Under the pieces are notes generated by a model. That model was not told the DNA's origin. It saw nothing but the letters and a program-made list of their open reading frames with translations, and did not search any database. A stretch of 64,000 nt of DNA, from assembly GCA_963716425.1 (NCBI GenBank), contig OY970310.1, positions 1,539,577-1,603,576 on the forward strand, written 5' to 3'. The stretch's first letter is position 1. Every line of letters begins with the position of its first letter. Shown piece after piece: positions 10,891 to 18,851 of this stretch. The DNA comes from Candidatus Babeliales bacterium. GTDB taxonomy: Bacteria > Babelota > Babeliae > Babelales > JBFXEV01. A program made the position numbers and the translations under genes.

Positions 10891-11547
10891 ATGCATACAC
10901 CACAAAAAGCAACTATTATAATGATTGGTGGGTTATCAAGTTCGGGGAAAACTTCCACAGCAAAAGCCTTGCAAGCAGCACTTGCTGCACAAAATAAACC
11001 ATTTGTGCATTTGCCTATAGATGAATTTATTGGTCTTCTGCCACCTGAGTGGTTTAATCCCGATACAAGTAAGGATATTAAACAAAACCCTGATGGTATT
11101 GTACTCAAGCGAGTTGATGATGAAAAAGGCCCAAAAGTTATCATAGAGCTTGGACCTATTGGCATGAAGTTGGGTCAAGCGTATTTGCCTGTTGTGGCTA
11201 CTATTGCTTCTTATGGCTCAGATATTATTATTGATGGCGTATTTAGTACTCCTTATCTACTAGGAGCTGTTAAACTTTTTAGTAATTATCGTGTCTATTG
11301 CATTAGTATTCGCTGCCCACTAGAAATTACTGAGATGCGTGAACGGCAGCGGGGTGCAATTGGTGGTTTTATTGGACTATCTCGTGGTTATGCTGAAACA
11401 AGTGATGTTCACAGGCATAGTCATTATGATCTTCTGGTTGATACTAGTTCAAAAACTCCTGAACAAGCCGCACAGGAAATTCTCGAATTTACGATGCAAG
11501 AACGCGAGCCTCAAGCACTGAAGAAACTCTTACAAGCAACAAAATAA
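10891..11547 (+). CDS. chloramphenicol-phosphotransferase-like (CPT family) P-loop kinase
   Basis: IIMIGGLSSSGKTSTAKALQ Walker A, IIIDGVF and a RERQRG-type segment, colinear with Streptomyces CPT as I recall it. The ATG at 10891 is preferred over the listed TTG. Confidence 0.55.
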   Translation: MHTPQKATIIMIGGLSSSGKTSTAKALQAALAAQNKPFVHLPIDEFIGLLPPEWFNPDTSKDIKQNPDGIVLKRVDDEKGPKVIIELGPIGMKLGQAYLPVVATIASYGSDIIIDGVFSTPYLLGAVKLFSNYRVYCISIRCPLEITEMRERQRGAIGGFIGLSRGYAETSDVHRHSHYDLLVDTSSKTPEQAAQEILEFTMQEREPQALKKLLQATK

Positions 11548-11572
11548 GTTATTTTGTATCGCCTGATTGAGT

Positions 11573-12487
11573 CTACGTGGCTTGTGCATGCTCTTCTGCT
11601 GTATATGCAAATACCTCAATCATCATCTCTTTGAGCTGGCTTGCATGTAATGTTGCGATGTTGTTTTTAGAGATATTAAAATAAAGTACATCTATGAGAG
11701 CATCGCCCATAGCAAGGGAAGCCTTTGGAGTATCTTTGAACAAATTATTAAGAGATTGATTTCTTTCTCCTTCTTCTGAAAGGCTTACTTCCCCTTCGGC
11801 AATAGTAAATGAAATCAGCCGATGATGAACTATGGTTCCTTCAGGAGAGATTGTTACTTTAAATTCACCATCTCCTAAATAATCAGCTTCCCCCCATAGT
11901 AAATTCCTCTTCGATTTATGTGCTGCATGTTGGGCAAGTTCAGGATATTGCCGCATAATTTCTTCATAAAGTGAACCACTAGTCATGCATCTATGGTACG
12001 TTAATTGATCACCTTCAAGTAGCCAATTATTTTGGATCATGGTTGAATGCCTGTCTCCGCCAGCAATATATCCAATAACCCTTAACTGGTTTTCAGTGCG
12101 TCTGACTGTTGCAATGCAGGTGAACTTACCCATTGCATCTTCGGGCCAACTGTACCCATAAATAAGATGATCGCCATGCGCAAGTGTTCCAATATATTCC
12201 CATTGATATTCAGCATTGATATTAGGATCTTTTAAAATGCCTTTTTTCTCTTGATGTGCCAATTCATCTAAATCAATAGATGGATTCTCATCGCGGCCAA
12301 ATATCGGAATAAGTGCTTCCATGCAAGCATTAGAAATTGGTTTTCCTTGATATAATAAATCGCTTGGTAAATTGTGTGCGGGTTCAACTTCGCTATTTTC
12401 TTGTTTTTGAGAAGAACAGTTATTCAACAAAAGAATAGCCAAGCATGTCCAAAGGAAAGTGAATGTTTGTGAACTGTTTTGTGTCAT
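11573..12487 (-). CDS. hypothetical lipoprotein
   Basis: The internal Met gives MTQNSSQTFTFLWTCLAILLLNNCSSQ, a lipobox-like LLNNC. It is the last gene of a three-gene minus-strand unit. Confidence 0.5.
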   Translation of the reverse strand: MTQNSSQTFTFLWTCLAILLLNNCSSQKQENSEVEPAHNLPSDLLYQGKPISNACMEALIPIFGRDENPSIDLDELAHQEKKGILKDPNINAEYQWEYIGTLAHGDHLIYGYSWPEDAMGKFTCIATVRRTENQLRVIGYIAGGDRHSTMIQNNWLLEGDQLTYHRCMTSGSLYEEIMRQYPELAQHAAHKSKRNLLWGEADYLGDGEFKVTISPEGTIVHHRLISFTIAEGEVSLSEEGERNQSLNNLFKDTPKASLAMGDALIDVLYFNISKNNIATLHASQLKEMMIEVFAYTAEEHAQAT

Positions 12488-12512
12488 TAGAGTCCCTTTT
12501 TTTTCGTTTTGA

Positions 12513-12764
12513 TTATAGATTATCATCAACGTGCGCAAGCCAGTCTTGAAATTCTTGAGAATAAAAATGTCGCCACTCTTTTGGTGCATTCCATTGCACT
12601 AAATAATCTTGTTGTTCTTGGTAACTTAATTTTTCCCAAATTGGATACCATATATAATGATACCATATCTCTCCACTTTGGCGCCAAAAAGTGTCTCCCG
12701 GTGGATAACCTGGAAATTCAATCCAGGGTGGATTAATTACTTGATTGTTATTTTGTAGCGTCAT
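12513..12764 (-). CDS. small Trp/Tyr-rich hypothetical protein
   Basis: 83 aa with 9 Trp. Its start overlaps the upstream stop in an ATGA (12761-12764), suggesting translational coupling. Confidence 0.45.
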   Translation of the reverse strand: MTLQNNNQVINPPWIEFPGYPPGDTFWRQSGEIWYHYIWYPIWEKLSYQEQQDYLVQWNAPKEWRHFYSQEFQDWLAHVDDNL

Positions 12765-13177
12765 TCAACAACTCTTTGATAAGAAAAGGTATAGGAGCCG
12801 TTGTCATTCTGTATGAGTTCAATGACCTCAGGAGTATTCTTTCCTGTGATTTGTAAAAAGTCTTGAGCGAGTTTTATAAAATCATCTTGCTTGATTTTCA
12901 TGGAAACTGGCCGATCGCCCGGTATTTCTAGAATGAGCTCTTCTGCATCCTTTTTAAATAGAATGCCAAATAGGTCATCGGAGTCAAAGTAGTAGGCTTC
13001 TTGATCTTCTATTAAATTTTCAATTAAGCAAGCTAAACTGTCTGCGTATTTTTGATTTTCCTCAATAGCAATCAAAGCATATCCCAAAGGGCAGAGTCTG
13101 CTTTTCTCAGGAAAGACTCTTGATGATTCATTGTTGCAATGGTCAAAGGCATAGCTTACTAAATATATTTTTTGCAT
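12761..13177 (-). CDS. hypothetical acidic protein
   Basis: 138 aa ORF and first gene of the 13177->11573 unit; no family recognised. Confidence 0.45.
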   Translation of the reverse strand: MQKIYLVSYAFDHCNNESSRVFPEKSRLCPLGYALIAIEENQKYADSLACLIENLIEDQEAYYFDSDDLFGILFKKDAEELILEIPGDRPVSMKIKQDDFIKLAQDFLQITGKNTPEVIELIQNDNGSYTFSYQRVVE

Positions 13178-13420
13178 GAGGAATTATTCCTATGGAAAGT
13201 TGGGGTGTATTTATCAAACAGACACAGTATGTTTATCGATCATACCAAAATAGAGCACTTACACAATTGGATGGCCCGAGAGGGGATTGAGCGCCTTACA
13301 TGGAATCTGTTTATTTAGATATTGCAAGAGGTTATTATTTGTAACATACATAAGTTTGCGGAATATGGCCTTTCTAAAAGGGCGTTAAATGCGTCTTGTG
13401 AAAAAAATAGAGAGCGGATT

Positions 13421-13489
13421 CTTGAAGCCTTACCTGCCAATGGTATAAAAGTGGATCCTTGAAGCTTTACATGCTCATGGTATAAAAGT
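13421..13489. repeat. imperfect direct repeat, 2 x 32 bp with a 37 bp period
   Basis: cttgaagccttacctgccaatggtataaaagt and cttgaagctttacatgctcatggtataaaagt (28/32 identical), in the long spacer upstream of rpmF. Confidence 0.6.
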
Positions 13490-13840
13490 ACGAGAATAAC
13501 AATGTTTGAAATACTCATGGCACCCAGACGGCTTGGTGGCATGAGAGGTGATTTAAGATTTAAACATTGCCCTGTGGTTGAAATATTAGATCGTTTAACT
13601 TGTATAAATATTTTCTATCTGAAACAATTTTGCATGTTTTACCCAATTATGCTATACTTTTGATATGTTTTGGACAAAAAATGCAGATTTGGACGAGAGA
13701 ATTAGCCGTTTATATTGCTCCTCTTTCTCCTTAATGATATACTATCTTAAGCATATTTAGACCATACTTTGCCAAGTCCTCGTATGGCCAAACTATATAA
13801 AAAAATTAACGTTACAGATACTCAACGGAGATTACTAACC

Positions 13841-14104
13841 ATGCCAGTACCAAAACGAAAGCGCTCCCGGGCGCGTAGAGATTCCAGACACGCAAATTGG
13901 GGATTAGAAGTTACTTCATTTGCAACATGTGCTCAATGCAAAGAAGCAATAGCACCTCACACAGCTTGCAAACACTGTGGTTTTTATAAGGGCGTAAAAG
14001 TGCTTACTACTAAAGCTGATCGTGGATCAAAGCGACAAGTAGCACAAGCTGTCCTTGCAAGCAGACAACCGCAAGAGCAAACAGAGACTGAAGCATCAGA
14101 ATAA
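13841..14104 (+). CDS. rpmF: 50S ribosomal protein L32 with a C-terminal extension
   Basis: MPVPKRKRSRARRDSRHANW... with two CxxC pairs (CAQC, CKHC). The internal ATG at 13841 is taken as the start. Confidence 0.85.
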   Translation: MPVPKRKRSRARRDSRHANWGLEVTSFATCAQCKEAIAPHTACKHCGFYKGVKVLTTKADRGSKRQVAQAVLASRQPQEQTETEASE

Positions 14105-14108
14105 GTGA

Positions 14109-14170
14109 TGCCGCTCATCCCGAGTGCCCGCCGCAGCCTTGGCGTAGGTGGGGTATCGAGGGATGAAAAC
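14109..14170 (+). repeat. GC-rich REP-like dispersed repeat copy
   Basis: ccgctcatcccgagtg...agccttggcgtaggtgggg...tcgagggatga; shares its cores with the copies at 35669, 44247, 52178, 54181 and 56299. Confidence 0.6.
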
Positions 14171-14173
14171 TAA

Positions 14174-14223
14174 GAGTTGATACATTATGTTGTATGTTAC
14201 ACACTGTATCAACTCATTTTTTT
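14174..14223 (+). terminator. rho-independent terminator after rpmF
   Basis: An 11 bp stem, gagttgataca / tgtatcaactc, followed by attttttt. Confidence 0.6.
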
Positions 14224-14306
14224 CTTGCGCAAATTTCTAAGCTGTGGTACCTTTCCATCAAGACATCTGTTAATCATCATACATACTTAAAGGACATGGA
14301 GTACAC

Positions 14307-14990
14307 ATGAATATGACAAGCATTGACCAAATCTTCTCAGTTCAATATATCAAACGAACTATTGATCGTAATTCAAAATCATTTATAGTGGCTGGCTTAC
14401 TCTTGGCACTCCTTCTTGGTGGTTATTATTATTTCCGCGTGCATCGCAATGCACAAGATGCTCGTGCGACTGCAACACTTACTGAAGTGCTTGCAGAAGT
14501 TACACGAGCAGCACAAAAACCAGAAGCCTGGCAAGATGTAGAAATTGCAGCGCGTACTGCGTATCATCAAAATAGTAGTTCTGACTTGGCGCCTTACTTT
14601 TTGGCAATTGAAGCAGAAGCACTTTCAGAACAAGGTAAAGTTGATCAAGGCAGAGAACAGCTTACTTCCGTGGTTGCAATGCTACCTAAGAATCAACCGC
14701 TCTCCAGCCTTTATATGTTAAAGCTTGCTCGCATGCAACTTGCATCTTCTGATGAAGTTGTGCGCAAACAAGGTATGGAAATGCTGCAAGCATTAGCTCA
14801 AGACACTAAAGCGTTGGGACAAGATGAAGCGCTCTATCGACTTGGCAGAGTATATGCACAAGAAAAAAATAATGAAAAAGCACGCGAGACATTCAAGCAA
14901 CTAGTTGATGCATTTAAAGAATATAAAGATACACCTGGCGAATCTGCATGGGCATCACTTGCTCAAGAACAGCTTGATCATCTTGCTTAA
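14307..14990 (+). CDS. membrane-anchored TPR-like protein (YfgM-like)
   Basis: N-terminal TM (FIVAGLLLALLLGGYYYF) followed by a helical repeat region with LKLARMQL, similar in layout to E. coli YfgM. Confidence 0.45.
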   Translation: MNMTSIDQIFSVQYIKRTIDRNSKSFIVAGLLLALLLGGYYYFRVHRNAQDARATATLTEVLAEVTRAAQKPEAWQDVEIAARTAYHQNSSSDLAPYFLAIEAEALSEQGKVDQGREQLTSVVAMLPKNQPLSSLYMLKLARMQLASSDEVVRKQGMEMLQALAQDTKALGQDEALYRLGRVYAQEKNNEKARETFKQLVDAFKEYKDTPGESAWASLAQEQLDHLA

Positions 14991-15014
14991 TAGAATAAAA
15001 AGGGAGCACTCAAG

Positions 15015-16424
15015 ATGTCTGTTACAAAAAATAGTGATTCAGTGCGTGTGCGCTTTGCGCCATCACCAACCGGTCATTTGCATATTGGCGGTTTACGTAC
15101 TGCCCTATTCAACTTATTATTTGCACGTCATAATAATGGTAAGTTTTTACTCCGTATTGAAGATACTGATCGAGAACGTTCTAAAGAGGAATTTACTCAA
15201 GCTATTTTACAAGCCCTTGCCTGGACCGATATTCAACCAGATGAGCCGGTAGTCATTCAATCCGAGCGTATTGTGCATCATCAACGCATGATCAATGAGT
15301 TGCTTACCAAAGGTAAAGCGTATCGTTGTTATTGTCCGGTAGGACCAGAAGCTTCAAAAGAAACGTACTTAAAATATGATGGTGCTTGTAGAGCACAAAA
15401 ATATGATATGCCAGTTGAAGGCAAACCATTTGTAGTGCGTATAAAGCTGCCCCTGGAACAACAATCTATTACTTTCAATGACCTTATTCGCGGTCCAATT
15501 ACTATTGCGATGGAACAGTTTGATGATTTTATTATTGCTCGTTCCGATGGTGCTCCGGTATATAATTTTGTAGTAGTAGTTGATGACCATGATATGGCAA
15601 TTACGCACATTATTCGGGGAGAAGATCATATTCCCAATACCCCAAAACAAATTGTGCTGTATCAAGCATTTGGATGGCAACCGCCTCAATTTGCCCATCT
15701 GCCGCTTATTATGGGCGCATCAGGTGGACGGCTATCCAAGCGTGATGCTGCAACTTCGGTACTTGATTATCAAAAAAATGGTTATTTGCCGGAGGCTTTG
15801 TGCAATTATCTGGTACGGCTTGGTTGGTCGCATGGTGACCAAGAAATATTTACCCGCAAAGAGCTTGTTGAGTTATTTACATTAGAGGGCATTGGCAAAA
15901 GCAGTGCAGTATTTGATCAACAAAAATTAGATTCTATTAATGGTATCTACCTACGCAATACCGACAATGCAGTTTTGCTTGCATATATTCTTGCTTATAT
16001 AGAACCTGACGTTTATAAGCAGGTAATGCTCAGTGAGGAACAGATTATAGTTCTTATTGGTCTCTATAAAGAGCGAGTTACAACACTGAGACAATTAGTA
16101 GATGAAATAGTGCTGCTTGCAAAAGGCCCTGAAAAGCTTTCTGACGTTGACCGTGCGCAATGGATCTTACCCAAGACAGTGGGACTGCTAGCACAATTTA
16201 GTACCGACATTAATGCTGAACCACATTTTGATGCGCAACATTTGCAAGAAATTTGCAAAAAAATAGCTAAAACATATGATGTTAGCATGTCTGAAGTTGC
16301 TCAACCTATTCGACTTGCCATTTTGGGTAAAACGCAAAGCCCAGGCATATTTGACTTGCTTGCATTACTTGGCAAAAGAATAGCTGTCCAACGCTTACAG
16401 GAGTTTATTGTACAGATAGAATAG
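15015..16424 (+). CDS. gltX: glutamate--tRNA ligase
   Basis: RFAPSPTGHLHIGGLRTALFN (HIGH) and GGRLSKR (KMSKS-type). Confidence 0.9.
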   Translation: MSVTKNSDSVRVRFAPSPTGHLHIGGLRTALFNLLFARHNNGKFLLRIEDTDRERSKEEFTQAILQALAWTDIQPDEPVVIQSERIVHHQRMINELLTKGKAYRCYCPVGPEASKETYLKYDGACRAQKYDMPVEGKPFVVRIKLPLEQQSITFNDLIRGPITIAMEQFDDFIIARSDGAPVYNFVVVVDDHDMAITHIIRGEDHIPNTPKQIVLYQAFGWQPPQFAHLPLIMGASGGRLSKRDAATSVLDYQKNGYLPEALCNYLVRLGWSHGDQEIFTRKELVELFTLEGIGKSSAVFDQQKLDSINGIYLRNTDNAVLLAYILAYIEPDVYKQVMLSEEQIIVLIGLYKERVTTLRQLVDEIVLLAKGPEKLSDVDRAQWILPKTVGLLAQFSTDINAEPHFDAQHLQEICKKIAKTYDVSMSEVAQPIRLAILGKTQSPGIFDLLALLGKRIAVQRLQEFIVQIE

Positions 16425-16449
16425 TTGCCAAAAGTGAGGAGCAGAGCAC

Positions 16450-17403
16450 ATGAAAGTAGGATTATTATTTCCTGATTTTGGGAGCCAACATGTTGGCATG
16501 GGTAAGGAACTATATGATTCTTCTCGCCTTATGCAAGAATATTTTGAAGAAGCAGGTAATTGTCTTAATACTAATTTTGTAAAATTATGCTTTGCATCAT
16601 CAGATGTTGAACTTGCTCGTATTGATCATGCCTATGCCTCTTTGTTTTTAATGAGTTCAGCCATTGGTTCTATAGTTGCTGAACAAGGTATCAAGCCAGT
16701 TGCTATTGCAGGTTTTGGACTTGGTGAATTTACGGCATTGCATTTTGCAGGATGCCTTAGTTTGCCAGACGGCCTTTATTTTCTTACTAAATATGCACAA
16801 CTTTATCAACATGTTCTTACAACTCAATCTCAGCGCTCTATGTTTATTGATAGCAGCGATATTCGTTCTCTCAAAAAATATTGTAAGGAAGAATCAACTC
16901 AGCATGAAATCGCAACCATTACTGCCTATATCACCAGTAAAGCTGCTTTTATTTCTGGTCATGCTCAAGCTGTAGAGCGCATAAAGCAACGTGTTAAAGA
17001 ATCATCAGAAGGGCGCTGTACCTATCTTTCTAGTCAAATGGGTATGCATTCGCTGGGTATGCAATCAGTAGCTGATGCACTTGATATGTATATAGAAAAA
17101 ATTGATATAAAAGACGCCCGAGTTCCTGTAATTGCTTGTGTAGATGGCATGGTTCGTCTTACTGGCGATTCACTCAGCGCTGCGTTATTGCAGCAGGTAA
17201 CAGCTCCAGTACGCTGGGATAAAATCATGATGCATGTGGCAGCTTGGGATGTTATCTTGGAGATAGGCCCAGGCAGCACGCTTACGAGTTTAATAAAGGC
17301 AGTATGGCCGACCAAACATATTTATACGATTAATAAACAGGCTGATATAGATGACGTAAGGTTAATTGTAGCAGCACAAAAACCAAATGAAGTGGGGTAT
17401 TAG
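16450..17403 (+). CDS. malonyl-CoA:ACP transacylase (FabD)-like protein with a degenerate active site
   Basis: Colinear with FabD (LLFPDFGSQHVGMG...GPG..L), but the nucleophile elbow reads GFGLGE (16711-16728) instead of GHSLGE. Confidence 0.7.
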   Translation: MKVGLLFPDFGSQHVGMGKELYDSSRLMQEYFEEAGNCLNTNFVKLCFASSDVELARIDHAYASLFLMSSAIGSIVAEQGIKPVAIAGFGLGEFTALHFAGCLSLPDGLYFLTKYAQLYQHVLTTQSQRSMFIDSSDIRSLKKYCKEESTQHEIATITAYITSKAAFISGHAQAVERIKQRVKESSEGRCTYLSSQMGMHSLGMQSVADALDMYIEKIDIKDARVPVIACVDGMVRLTGDSLSAALLQQVTAPVRWDKIMMHVAAWDVILEIGPGSTLTSLIKAVWPTKHIYTINKQADIDDVRLIVAAQKPNEVGY

Positions 17404-17405
17404 CT

Positions 17406-17657
17406 ATGGCCTTAACGCGCCAAGAAATAACACAAAAAGTGATTGGGATTATAGCAGACGTTCTCAAGGTTGATCCAAAAACGATAACTATGGATAGCTC
17501 TTTTGAAGCATTGGGGGCAGATTCTCTTGATATGATGGAGCTGATTATGAAGATAGAAGATGCTTTTGATGTGACTATTCCTGATGAAGCAACGGTTAAT
17601 ATTACTACTGTAGGTCAAGCGGTAGATGCTCTTATGAATCTAAAAAAAGATCATTAA
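17406..17657 (+). CDS. acpP: acyl carrier protein
   Basis: LGADSLDMMELIMKIEDAFDVTIPDE, with the DSL phosphopantetheine attachment motif. Confidence 0.85.
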   Translation: MALTRQEITQKVIGIIADVLKVDPKTITMDSSFEALGADSLDMMELIMKIEDAFDVTIPDEATVNITTVGQAVDALMNLKKDH

Positions 17658-17667
17658 AAAAACTAGT

Positions 17668-17702
17668 GTTCCCCGGAACTTCAATAAGAAGTTCGGGGGA
17701 AC
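17668..17702. terminator. hairpin between convergent genes (bidirectional terminator candidate)
   Basis: gttccccggaacttc / gaagttcgggggaac, a 15 bp stem. Confidence 0.6.
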
Positions 17703-17728
17703 AACATAAGTCTAGATCGAAACCCAGT

Positions 17729-18079
17729 TTAGTAGTTGCGAGCGTTTTTTGCGCCATTAGTGAAATCGTGCTGATTTGCTTCTTCTTCAGATGCAAATGT
17801 AGCGCAATTTGGTGGGCAAACCCAGTGGCAACGAACAATCTTTTGTTCTGTGCAAACCTTACGAGGTACGCCACAAACGATTGTCTTACAAACTGGTTTT
17901 TCTTCGCATTCTACCATGTCAGGCAACTTGTTCATTTCACAAGCTACTTCGCATTGTACTGGACATGGTGCTGCTACTCTTGGTTGTTCGTCGCATGAAC
18001 GACGACCACAGTGACGAGCTTCTGCTTCAACTGAAGCGAGGAGTGCAAGTACTGCTACTAGTGATAAAAGCTTTTTCAT
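17729..18079 (-). CDS. small secreted cysteine-rich protein
   Basis: Leader MKKLLSLVAVLALLASVEAEA, then 12 Cys in about 94 residues. Confidence 0.6.
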   Translation of the reverse strand: MKKLLSLVAVLALLASVEAEARHCGRRSCDEQPRVAAPCPVQCEVACEMNKLPDMVECEEKPVCKTIVCGVPRKVCTEQKIVRCHWVCPPNCATFASEEEANQHDFTNGAKNARNY

Positions 18080-18851
18080 GGCTTTCTCCTTTGATTATTG
18101 TTTCTACTATTTTCTACATTGACCATGGCGCTCATGTTCACTATCAATATCTCACAAATAGAATTAAAAATTCAAGGGTTTGATATTTTTTATATTAAAA
18201 TATGCATTAAATCGTGCTTTTCCTTCCTGGAAATGGGGGGCTATTAGACATGGTTTGCAATTAAAAATTATTAAATTTAGGGGTATTGGGGGGTATACTG
18301 ATTTTTGGGGTAGGATTGGATGAAAAAGGGTAGGGGGAGGTTTATTTAGAAGTGAGATGCTTACTTTTCTATTGTTTTCAGGTCATTTGTTTTGGGCATG
18401 TTTAAAGTACTTCGCGCCTGTTCCGCCTACTTTTATCCGGGCCTTCCGGCTCGGCAAACTGCGTCGGACTAGCGCCGGCTTGCTTTACTTGCTCGCACTT
18501 ACGATGATTCCGACACTCTAGCCTATACTAAAGCTACGACGGGCAAGCGGGGTGCCCTGTGCGCCGGAACCTTGGTGCGGAAAAATTATAAAATGAGTAA
18601 GGGTTCCAGGCGTAAATATGCATAAGTTGAAATTTCATAAAGATATTCATTAGCCGTTGAGCTGGAACCTGCAGATTTTCCAATGGAAAATCGATGGGCG
18701 AAGCACTCAACGCAAGATAAATAAGAACAGAGTTCTTATTTGTTCGTTTGGTTTCGAAAGGGCTTTGGACAAGTAAAGCCCTTCGCTTAGCCGAGCAGGC
18801 TCGCAGCGATTACATATGCTTAAAACAAACGGCCTCGGAAATGTTGATTAT

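Noticed and set aside
10572-11165. 197 aa minus-strand ORF spanning the ankyrin and CPT-like gene junction
   Set aside because: It is antisense to two genes with clear family signatures, so it is a spurious long ORF.
13315-13542. 75 aa minus-strand ORF in the spacer upstream of rpmF
   Set aside because: It has no RBS and no recognisable family. It spans the 37 bp-period direct repeat, so it is more likely non-coding.
18437-18475. Apparent similarity between the GC-rich patches at 18437-18475 and 55305-55345 (tcc[g/a]ggcctt[c/t]cggct[c/t]gg..actgc)
   Set aside because: It is roughly a 19/22 match. A back-of-envelope estimate suggests matches of this quality are expected by chance in a 64 kb self-comparison, especially between GC-rich patches.
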